From Methanotrichaceae archaeon (GTDB taxonomy: Archaea > Halobacteriota > Methanosarcinia > Methanotrichales > Methanotrichaceae), in contig CAVWIG010000024.1 of NCBI GenBank assembly GCA_963754945.1, positions 1 to 64,000 on the forward strand: a DNA stretch of 64,000 bases, written 5' to 3'. Made by a program: the position numbers and the translations under genes. The notes below the pieces were generated by a model. The model did no database searches. It saw only the letters and a list, made by a program, of their open reading frames with translations, and had not been told where the DNA came from. This document shows positions 31,517-41,200 of this stretch, piece after piece; position 1 is the first letter of the stretch; each line of letters starts with the position of its first letter.

Positions 31517-32100
31517 CTATTAGAGCGGTTTTGACGAATGCCAGTAAATTCATTTAGGACCGTTCAATTCTTAAATCAAACCTCTAAATTAGTTCTGTTT
31601 AGATGTAGTCTCATTTTTCTGCAAATATCGCCTTTGCGCGATTTTCCTCAAGAAAGATATTTCAGAGCAGAGAACAGGTCCATTCAGTGAAATTGACGAG
31701 CCCTTGAGATTTAGCTCTCTAGTATCCTATTTCTAGGGGGTCAGGGCATTTTATCGATCTTTTCTGCCCATCAATGAAAATTACTATGTCGATGACATAT
31801 TGGTGATTGCCCTTTGGAATAGGATAGAGATAATCAACTCGAAGGTGAAATACGAAGGAAAAACATCCACAGCAAGACCATTCCTTTATGAAGGTCTTAA
31901 ATTAAGTGAAGGCAAAAATCCATAAGATTCAAAAATACAGGACAATCTTCCCAATCCTTATTTTGGCATTCGCCCTCTTCTTAAAGCAGCGGAATCCAAT
32001 AAATAAAAGGAATTTAGGCCGGAAAAACGCCGTTGAACCATAATGATGGTCTGTACCAAAATAAAACGTTTCTAATTGTTGTGCGAGCCTGACACGACCA

Positions 32101-32132
32101 TTCGTTCGGTCATATATTCATATATCGTTCAA
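32101..32132 (+). promoter_or_regulatory. Conserved motif copy 2
   Basis: ttcgttc ggtcatatattcat atatcgttcaa. Confidence 0.65.
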
Positions 32133-32420
32133 GAGAAAAGGATGGTTGAGGACGATTCCTTCACATAAAACAAGAATAATCGTTCTTTAACAGAGATAAA
32201 TAAACCATGAAATCGCTAATAAAGTCTTTGGCATTTGGTATGCTTTGTGAAGAAGCTGTGTTGCAAAGGAGAAGAGAGGCCAAAAAGGTTAAAGGTAGAG
32301 CCAGAGATACCTAGAAGCGAGGCAACCACGATTCCATACAGAAGATCTACAATGAACTCCTTATTTATTGGAATAGGCTGCTAACTTCAATAGTCCTCCT
32401 TCAATGCAATTAACAGGCAA

Positions 32421-33050
32421 TTGGGTTTGAAGATGAGATCAATAAGAAAAATTCTATTCATTGGGCTGACAGCCTTATGGCTGATGTACTTGATAGGAAA
32501 CAGCTTTGCTCAGACTCCAGAGATTGGAGATAGGGCACATAAAGAACTTGCTCAGAGTAATGTTCCTTTCGTCAAGCCTATCGGGATGATGGAAGGTGCG
32601 CCTGAAGGAATAATTTTTCACCATTGGCGAGGTTTTGCCTTAAAAGGGAATGAATCCTACCCCCTGAGGATCAGCATCGAGAGCGTGAGGCCTGTTGAGC
32701 CAGTGAGTGTTAGAAAACTCCTGGCGTCAAATATGACCATTGAGGAAGTTAGTAAGAAGATTTTGGACCAGGAAGGAAATACGACTTACCGGGGCCATAT
32801 CATGTTGCAAGATAGCCCATATCAGCTTATCAACATCAAAATGACATTCGCAAAGAACAACTTAACCCTGAACGCTGATGTGATTGCGTCCCAAAATAGT
32901 GCTGCCCCCAGCAATACCACAATGATTCTAGGACAACTCAGGGTAGACACCACTAGCCAAGAGGGCGCAAAGAAAAGCCAAGGTGTGCTTATCATCAATG
33001 ACGGATTGCATAGTGGTGGCTACCAGGTATTACTCAACATGGTTCATTGA
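32421..33050 (+). CDS. Secreted hypothetical protein
   Basis: Signal peptide (RKILFIGLTALWLM..SFA); beta-rich body with several N-x-T sequons. Confidence 0.75.
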   Translation: MGLKMRSIRKILFIGLTALWLMYLIGNSFAQTPEIGDRAHKELAQSNVPFVKPIGMMEGAPEGIIFHHWRGFALKGNESYPLRISIESVRPVEPVSVRKLLASNMTIEEVSKKILDQEGNTTYRGHIMLQDSPYQLINIKMTFAKNNLTLNADVIASQNSAAPSNTTMILGQLRVDTTSQEGAKKSQGVLIINDGLHSGGYQVLLNMVH

Positions 33051-33434
33051 GCATGCAAGAGCGGAGTAAAACAACCATCCTGCTTAGGGATGTAACTCTC
33101 GTTTATCTCGCTTTCGGATGCACTACAGTAAAACATCCTCAAGAGATGGTTTTTGGGAGAAGATCAAGCGAGAATTAAACGGATTATCAAGTGCAGATCA
33201 TGACCTTGGTATTGAAGTAATACGTTGGGGAGTCTATATAGCCGATCGGGAGCAAAACTGTAGCTGAAGACGTTACGCCCATGTGAAGTTGCCCGATACG
33301 GAGTTTATCCTTCGTTTCTTAAAGCGGACCGGTTCGAGTTCCTCCATGAGTCTTGCGTGGAGAATTACCTGCGAAATCATCGTTTGCTTTTCGGTGCACG
33401 GATCTTGCCCATATGGTTGTCCTTATTTCTGATA

Positions 33435-34487
33435 TCAATCGCATTCGCAACTTTCGTTTGAGTAAATATAATATCTGAGCGGGTTTGAAGCTGAGGTATC
33501 ATCCTGGTCCGCAGTCCTCACATGGATTTTGTCCATGAGAGCGATATCTCTGTTTCTGGTTAGTGTGATCGGATTGTCCTTGTTGTCCATTATGATGGTC
33601 ATCGCGTTCGGATCGACTAGCCTTATGGACATCTTTTCATACTGCTGGCCAGTTGTTATGGTTGTTGGTGTGTCTGATATCTGAAATATCCCATCAATAG
33701 TGGCGACGTTGCTGTGAGAACTGCTGAATACGCTCTTGAAGTGGACAGCAATGATAACTATGCCCTTTAAGTCACCCAGGTCTTTCTTGTAGTAGTAAGT
33801 CTGGTCACCCATGTTGGCATTTTCTATTGAAGGCTGAATGACCTTGTTATCGACGATTTTGCCATTCTTGCTGAGTTCCAGATAAACCTTCTTGCTATCG
33901 GAATCTATAGCCTTGATAGAGAGATTATAGCCTTCATCCAGCTCCAAGGGGCTTGACGAGTCGAATGTCTTTTCAGTATTGTCATCGTTCAAGATCTCAC
34001 TGATCAGCTCGTCAGTCATTAGGTTCCTTTTCTCGGACTTATCGTATAGGAACGGAACTGACTGGCTGGTGGCACTCAAATCCCATGTTACGTTGCTGTC
34101 ATACGCCGCAAAGTAATCCTCGCCGAGGAAACCAATCTCATCATACTGACCCCATGGCCCAAAACTAAAATCAATAGGTATTGCCTCTGTGGTATAGACT
34201 ATGCCCCTGTTGCCATTGGTATCTGGTTCATCGCTGAGAGTAGCGCTAGCCTTGTCTTGAGCTATATTAGATAGCCTGAAAGTTAGATTTTCAGTGCCAA
34301 TGTCCTCACCAATATCATAGTAGAAGCCTGGAAATGTGTAGCTATCCCAAGTGACCCTTTTCTCTCCAAGGTCATGAACATCGCTTCGGACATCAATTCC
34401 TTGTGCTTGAGATAAAATCGACATAGTGAGTAAAATAATTATTGTGTAGATGCAGATTAGAGCTATATTTCTATTTTTATCTATCAT
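33435..34487 (-). CDS. S-layer domain protein (single Methanosarcinales-type DUF1608-like repeat)
   Basis: Signal peptide; TWDSYTFPGFYYDI, IGFLGEDYFAAY, LELDEGYNLSIKAID, DGIFQISD, LRYYIY. Confidence 0.85.
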   Translation of the reverse strand: MIDKNRNIALICIYTIIILLTMSILSQAQGIDVRSDVHDLGEKRVTWDSYTFPGFYYDIGEDIGTENLTFRLSNIAQDKASATLSDEPDTNGNRGIVYTTEAIPIDFSFGPWGQYDEIGFLGEDYFAAYDSNVTWDLSATSQSVPFLYDKSEKRNLMTDELISEILNDDNTEKTFDSSSPLELDEGYNLSIKAIDSDSKKVYLELSKNGKIVDNKVIQPSIENANMGDQTYYYKKDLGDLKGIVIIAVHFKSVFSSSHSNVATIDGIFQISDTPTTITTGQQYEKMSIRLVDPNAMTIIMDNKDNPITLTRNRDIALMDKIHVRTADQDDTSASNPLRYYIYSNESCECD

Positions 34488-34914
34488 TTAGATCCTTTTC
34501 AAATGATGTATCTTCCTTTAAGCGTAATTACTGAACGGAATCTCCAATCCATATTGTATCTTCTCCAATATAAGAATGTATGATTATATGACGTCTTCCC
34601 GATCGCTTAAGAAAAGATATTTTGGAACGTAGTAGCTCAAGAGAAGCCTCCTATAGATTACAGCATTGTATTCGATATCGTAATTGGTGATACGCCATGC
34701 CGAAAATAGCCTGTGGGACCAAGAGGTAGTTCCAGGATCAAATAAGTTCGCGAAGTCAAAGAACTTGAATATGAATCTAAAAAGATATCATTATTGGCGT
34801 AAGATGGCCGAATAATTGACATTAATTCTTGCTTATTTTTCCATGAAAATGTCGCCTATGATATCGATTTCATTCTCCATGTATGATTCACTGAATCATG
34901 AGGGTTTAAACGTA

Positions 34915-35041
34915 ATACCCCGCAGCTTGCTGCGGCTGGGATAAGGATTATAATCAACCTAAGGATGCTTCAGCTTTCATAGAGCATTTTTATGCGTCGG
35001 CGGAATCATGCCCCTTGCTTGCAGCTGGGTCCGCCGACGCA
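34915..35041. mobile_element. Probable IS200/IS605-type non-autonomous remnant with palindromic ends
   Basis: Hairpin ccgcagc-tt-gctgcgg (34920-34935) and perfect 12-bp inverted repeat tgcgtcggcgga/tccgccgacgca (34993-35004/35030-35041). Confidence 0.5.
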
Positions 35042-35178
35042 ACGTTTGACTCTCCTGTGAAACGGGATTTTGGATCGGTTTATACCAAACTGAACTATTA
35101 TGAAGGTTTAAATGATTTTCCGAACAGTTTTATTGACATAATTCACTGTTCGCGCTGGTCTTATACGGTTCGTTCGGG

Positions 35179-35210
35179 TTCGTTCTGCTCTATCTTTTTA
35201 TATCGTTCAA
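35179..35210 (+). promoter_or_regulatory. Conserved motif copy 3, with an extra TTCGTTC 10 nt upstream
   Basis: ttcgttc tgctctatcttttt atatcgttcaa; 63 nt upstream of 35274. Confidence 0.7.
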
Positions 35211-35273
35211 AAGAATGAATTGCTGGATCACTCTTGCAACTAGAGTTGATCTTGAAAAGTGGAGGTATAATCA

Positions 35274-36083
35274 ATGAATTACGTTAGATATCTAGTGGTA
35301 TTGATAGCCGCATTCTCTCTCATGATACCGGCATTTTCGATGCCAGACGATGGACACTCAACAGGATGCTCAGATAACCAACAAAAAACTTTTGACAACC
35401 AGAATTCCATGATGGGACCCGATGGTCAACAGCAGATTGGCCCCAAGTCCATGATGGGGAATGATGGCAAAAAAATAGTATGCCTAACCATATGCAAAGT
35501 CATAGGTCAGGATGGACAAGAGAACGCTGCCCCCAGATCCATGATGGGTGAGAACGGACAGGATGTCAAGGACAAGACTTGCGGCTGTCAGAACTCAGTG
35601 AAAGGAGATCAGGGACAAGACGGCCAGCAGAAGACATGCGGTTGCCAGGCTGGACAAGAGAACGCTGCCCCCAGATCCATGATGGGTGAGAACGGACAGG
35701 ATGTCAAGGACAAGACTTGCGGCTGTCAGAACTCAGTGAAAGGAGATCAGGGACAAGACGGCCAGCAGAAGACATGCGGTTGCCAGGCTGGACAAGAGAA
35801 CGCTGCCCCCAGATCCATGATGGGTGAGAACGGACAGGATGTCAAGGACAAGACTTGCGGCTGTCAGAACTCAGTGAAAGGAGATCAGGGACAAGACGGC
35901 CAGCAGAACTCATCGAATGACGGCCAACAGAAGACATGCAGTTGTCAGAACTCAGTGAGTGGAGATCAGGGACAAGACGGCCAGCAGAACTCATGGAATC
36001 ACGGCCAACAGAAGACAAGCCATGAGTCTATGAAGGGTCAAGACGGTCAGCAAAACTCATGGAATGATAGCCAGAACCAATGA
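35274..36083 (+). CDS. Secreted low-complexity Gln/Gly/Asn protein with 46-aa Cys-x-Cys/Met-Met repeats
   Basis: GGAGG RBS; signal peptide; repeated TCGCQ and SMMG. Confidence 0.8.
   Translation: MNYVRYLVVLIAAFSLMIPAFSMPDDGHSTGCSDNQQKTFDNQNSMMGPDGQQQIGPKSMMGNDGKKIVCLTICKVIGQDGQENAAPRSMMGENGQDVKDKTCGCQNSVKGDQGQDGQQKTCGCQAGQENAAPRSMMGENGQDVKDKTCGCQNSVKGDQGQDGQQKTCGCQAGQENAAPRSMMGENGQDVKDKTCGCQNSVKGDQGQDGQQNSSNDGQQKTCSCQNSVSGDQGQDGQQNSWNHGQQKTSHESMKGQDGQQNSWNDSQNQ
35513..35908 (+). repeat. 138-bp in-frame tandem repeat, about 2.9 copies
   Basis: Unit starts tggacaagagaacgctgcc at 35513, 35651 and 35789; copies read as identical. Confidence 0.92.
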
Positions 36084-36340
36084 AGGAAATAGCGCATTTA
36101 CCGAGTAGAAAGGACTTGAAGCGGTCAGGATATTTCTTTCCTGACCAAATCCCTTTTAAAATCAATTTGTCTGTGATAGAGTGAATATGATTGGAGGAAG
36201 ATTCTGTCAGTACCATAAAACTCTCACATCAAGAGTCTCTCTGGTTCTGCTCCGTACTCATGCTGAGGTTCGACGCGTTTTTATTCAATGAACATCTAGC
36301 ATAAAGTACAGATCTAAATATCGAATGGAGGAAATCAAAT

Positions 36341-37816
36341 ATGAAAAAAAACTATTGTCTGGCAGTGCTGATATTTCTAATAATCAGTAGCATGGCATTA
36401 ACTGCATCAGCGGACTCAACAAAAAATACAGCTCCAATGAATTATCCTTCAGAGGCGAATTCACGAGGATATGAAGCGAATCAAGGAACATCAGATCAAC
36501 TGCAAACTACTTTGACTCTTTTTGTCCTGGATGGGGGCGTAAATGGCCCGGTGCTTCCTGGAGCGACGGTCACTGCATATGATGCGTCTGGTAGCAGTTT
36601 TAATGGAATAACCGACTCAAAAGGATCCGTTAGCATCAGCGGAAAACCAGGAAACTGGCGATTTACAATTTCAAAAGAGGGCTATGAAACCGTTAACTCG
36701 AATTACGACGTCACCGAAACGCATACAGCTGCGACTTATCTAAAGAAAAATCCACTGCCTCAAGAAACGGTCGCTCTGACAATCTATGTTCACGACGGGA
36801 ACCTCACGGGACCTCAACTCCCTGGTGTACATGTCTCCGGCCAGGACGCATCAGGTAACGGCTTTAACCAGCTAACCAACGCGGATGGATCTGTAGTAAT
36901 TAATGGACAGCCTGGAACCTGGCAGTTTATGTTCGCGAAGGACGGCTACAACCCGGTTAGCCTGAATTACAGTGTGACTGCGACCCAAACAACTGCAGCT
37001 TATCTCCAGAGGAATCCACAGACTCAAGAAACAGTTGCACTAACAATCTATGTTCATGACGGGAACCTAACAGGACCTCAGCTTCCTGGTGTACAGGTCA
37101 CCGGTCAAGACGCTTCGGGTAATGGCTTTAGCCAGCTGACCAACGCGGATGGATCTGTAGTAATTAATGGACAGCCTGGAACCTGGCAGCTAACGTTCTC
37201 GAAGGATGGATATAAACCGGTCAGCCTGAATTTTAGTATGGCAGGGACGCAAACAACTGCGGCTTATCTCCAGAGAATTGCACAGACTCAAGAAACGGTT
37301 GCGCTAACAATCTATGTTCACGACGGGAACCTGACCGGACCCCAGCTTCCTGGTGTACAGGTCACCGGCCAGGACTTTTCGGGCAATGGCTTCAACCAGC
37401 TGACGAATTCGGATGGATCTGCGACCATCAACGGACAGCCTGGAACCTGGCAGTTCATGTTCTCGAAGGATGGCTATAAACCGGTTAGCCTGAATTACAA
37501 TGTGACAGCGACCCAAGCAACTGCAGCTTATCTCCAGAAAAATCCACAGACTCAAGAACAGGTTGCTCTGACCATTTATGTTCACGACGGGAACCTAACA
37601 GGACCTCAGCTTCCCGGTGTCCAGGTCTCCGGCCAAGACGCATCCGGTAATGGCTTTAGCCAGCTGACCAACGCGGATGGATCTGTGATCATCAACGGAC
37701 AGCCTGGAACCTGGCAGTTCACATTCTCGAAGGATGGCTACAACCCTGTTAGCCTGAATTACAATGTGACAGCGACTCAAGCAACTGCAGCTTATCTCCA
37801 GAGTATTACAGCCTAA
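36341..37816 (+). CDS. Secreted protein with five ~88-aa beta-sandwich repeats (carboxypeptidase-regulatory/CnaB-like)
   Basis: GGAGG RBS; signal peptide; LTIYVHDG..LPGV.V..TNADG..PGTW.F.FSKDGY four times plus one divergent copy. Confidence 0.85.
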   Translation: MKKNYCLAVLIFLIISSMALTASADSTKNTAPMNYPSEANSRGYEANQGTSDQLQTTLTLFVLDGGVNGPVLPGATVTAYDASGSSFNGITDSKGSVSISGKPGNWRFTISKEGYETVNSNYDVTETHTAATYLKKNPLPQETVALTIYVHDGNLTGPQLPGVHVSGQDASGNGFNQLTNADGSVVINGQPGTWQFMFAKDGYNPVSLNYSVTATQTTAAYLQRNPQTQETVALTIYVHDGNLTGPQLPGVQVTGQDASGNGFSQLTNADGSVVINGQPGTWQLTFSKDGYKPVSLNFSMAGTQTTAAYLQRIAQTQETVALTIYVHDGNLTGPQLPGVQVTGQDFSGNGFNQLTNSDGSATINGQPGTWQFMFSKDGYKPVSLNYNVTATQATAAYLQKNPQTQEQVALTIYVHDGNLTGPQLPGVQVSGQDASGNGFSQLTNADGSVIINGQPGTWQFTFSKDGYNPVSLNYNVTATQATAAYLQSITA

Positions 37817-37821
37817 AAACC

Positions 37822-37835
37822 TATTTTATTTTTTT
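37822..37835 (+). terminator. T-rich archaeal terminator-like tract
   Basis: tattttattttttt directly after the stop codon at 37816. Confidence 0.45.
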
Positions 37836-38180
37836 GATATTCTCGAATTTTCAACATATTACTGTCATCTTTGGTGATGAATGTGTCATCCATATATGCC
37901 ATTCACGACTCTCGGTGTATATTTTTGATGTTGTACATCCACTTTTCTGACCATTCCGACTTCAGAAGCTTATCCTTTCTCAGATTAATGCCTGAGGGAT
38001 GCTTGCGAAAATTCTCAATCTAACCGCTTAAACAGAACCGAATAGCTACCAGGAGTTGTTAATAAGTAAAATAACGTAAATTAAGGCAAATAGCTAAAAA
38101 CAGAACTGTTTTATTAGTTTAAATTAAAAATCGAACATTATTAAACAATTATTAGCACTTCTAAAAAACAAGTTTAATAG

Positions 38181-38212
38181 TTCGTTCGGTCCAGGTTATA
38201 AATATCGTTCAA
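38181..38212 (+). promoter_or_regulatory. Conserved motif copy 4; probable NRPS promoter
   Basis: ttcgttc ggtccaggttataa atatcgttcaa; TTATAAAT about 25 nt upstream of ATG 38228. Confidence 0.7.
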
Positions 38213-38227
38213 TTGGGTTCATATATA

Positions 38228-41200
38228 ATGTTTGAAAAGAGGGCTCAGAGTTTATCGATTCCAAACACTCAAGTAAAGCCTGCCATGTTGCAGCAGTTGT
38301 TCGAAAGAACAGCCGATACAATGCCAGATCGCATCGCAGTCATCTGTGAAGGAAAGGAATACACCTACTTAGAACTGGAACACTACGCAAACCGCATTGC
38401 TCATTACTTGAGCGAAAGAGGTGTTAAGTTTGGGAACCGTGTTGGTATCCTGTTGAAGCGCTCGATCGAGACTTATGCCGCGATAATCGCTGTTCTGAAA
38501 CTCGGCGCTGCGTATGTTCCACTTGATACAAGCTTTCCCAGTGACCGCATTCGTTTTATTGCTGAGGATGCTGAGTTTAGCATGCTGATTTCGACCGAAT
38601 CGATCTCAGCCCGAAAGGCTGCGAACAAAAGCCCTCAGGTGCTTTTGGATCGTGAAAAGGCAGTAATTGCATCGCAACCTGGTAGTCGTCCCGAGATTGC
38701 CCTTTCCGGCCAGCCCGAAAGGGAGCTTTGCTACATTATTTACACTTCTGGCTCCACTGGCAGGCCGAAGGGTGTAGAGGTCGAGCATCGAAGTGTAGTC
38801 AATTTGATCAACGTCGTGACCGAGATCTACGGTATCAAGCCTGAAGACCGTGTTTTTCAAGGAATCACTATTGCTTTTGACTTTTCGGTCGAAGAGATCT
38901 GGATGGCATTCAATGCAGGCGCGACACTAATTGCTGGTCCAGCAGAAAAGGGGAGCTGCGTCGGCAACGAACTCGCCCGTTTTCTCATCGAGCAGCGTGT
39001 GACCGTTCTAGGCGCCGTGCCGACCATGCTTTCGTCGATCGATAAAGACATCCCAAGCCTCAGGCTGATTGAAGTCGGCGGTGAGCCGTGCCCTCAGAAC
39101 TTGGTTGACCGCTGGGCAAAGCCAGGACGACGCTTCCTCAACACTTACGGCCCAACTGAAACTACTATCACAGCGACCTGGGCAGAGCTGGAACCGGGAA
39201 AGCCTGTAACGATTGGACGACCGTTGCCGAGCTATAAGGTGCTTATCGCTGACGAAGCAGGTCGGAGAGTGCCCAATGGCGAGATCGGCGAGATCTATAT
39301 CGGAGGAGTGGGTGTCGCCCGAGGGTATGTCAAACGACCCGATATAACCGCCGAGCGCTTCATACCGGATCCAGACGCAGAACCAGGATATGCAAGGCTC
39401 TATCGGACCGGCGACCTTGGACGCTACACAGAGGCCGGTGAGATCGAATATCATGGGAGGGCAGATCTACAGGTAAAGCTGCGCGGCTACCGCATTGAGT
39501 TATCGGAGATCGAATCGGTAATCTTGAAGTCCGACGACGTTCAGGCGGCTGCAGTGGCAGTGATGCCATCTCCTGATGGAATCGAGGAGCTTGTCGCCTA
39601 CGTAACTCCAAAACTCGGCCACAACGTCGATCCTGCGAAGCTCCATGATCTGCTTCACTACTACATGCCACCCTACATGGTACCGGCTTATATAGAGTTG
39701 ATCAATGCACTCCCCGTCCTTCCCAGCGGCAAGATCGACCGCAAGGCCCTGCCCAAGCCTGGTTTGACCCGCCTGGGTTCTAACAAGCCATTCGTCGCTA
39801 CCAGAGGAGAGGTTGAAACCCATATCTCTGAAGTCTGGAGCAATGTCCTGAGGCTGCCGCAGATTTCAGCGACCGACGACTTCTTCCGTGACCTCGGCGG
39901 TCACTCGCTTTTCGCAGCCTTTGTGGTCTCGAAGCTGAGGGAGAATCCGGCGTTCGTGCATTTGAGCATGGCCGATTTCTATGCTAACCCGACTGTGCAG
40001 AAGCTCGCAAGGCTAGGTACTGCTGCTGAAGACCCCAATGGAATCTCGATTGTCGAACAGCCTAAAAAAACTACGTTCAAAGCACGTGCGTCGAAGAGGC
40101 TCGTAGCCGCTCAATCCTTATCTCTGTACTTGATGTTTGGCATTCCTGGCCTGATGATGATCCTCTGGCTGTATCTGTCTCAGAGGCTGACCGGAGGCGA
40201 TACCCTACTGAACTACGTGTTTATTGGGCTGCTTTTGTACTTGCTCTATATTCCCGCCTCAGTTGCTGTCGCAGTCGTCGCGAAACGGTTGCTGATAGGC
40301 CGGTTTAAACCAGGCGTGCATCCGCTGTGGGGTGATGCTTATCTGCGCTGGTGGCTGGTAAACCTAGCACAAAGGTTCGTGCCGGTGTCCATGTTTGTGG
40401 GCACTCCACTGATGGTCTGGTATTGCCGCCTGATGGGCGCAAGGATCGGCAAGGATTGCTACATCGGCACTGGTCTCGTTTCCTGCCATGACTTGATCTG
40501 CCTAGGCGATGGCACCAGCGTCGGCAACGGTAGCTACTTGTTGGGTTACTCCGTAACGTCTGGCAGCATCGAGTTCGGCACAATCGACATCGGTAGCGAC
40601 TGTTACATAGGAGCCAACAGCGTGCTCGGCATCAACACCATAATGGGCGATGGCGCAATGCTTCTCGAACAATCTCAGCTTGCCCATGGAAGCATGCTGT
40701 CGCCCAGCTATGTCGCTAACGGTTCACCAGCACGTTCTCGACCAATCGATCAGGCTCCCCCGTTCGTTGTGCCCGTAACGCAAGGCAGGCAACGTGTGTC
40801 GGAACGGATGTTGATTGCGGGATTCCTGGTTTCAGGCATGTTATTTCTGCCGCTTGTGCCGCTCTTGGCTGGGATACCCGGAGTTCTATTCGATTGGTGG
40901 CTGATCACGAACTATCCGGGAAATGTCTGGACCTGGGTCGTCGGCCTGATTTTAGCTGGCGCCATGTTCGTCTCATCCCTATGCATACTCGTTACTGGTT
41001 GCAAGCGGCTAATACTGCCAGATGTCAAGCCGGGCGGATACCCGTTGCAATCCACTTTCTACCTGCGCAAGTGGACGGTCGACGCGCTCGTGGGATTGAC
41101 CCTGATGCTCAATAATGCGCAGTATGGGACGCTTTACATAGCCCCCTTCTTGCGTATGCTCGGAGCTAAGATTGGTGTGCGCGGCGAAATCTCGACAGTT

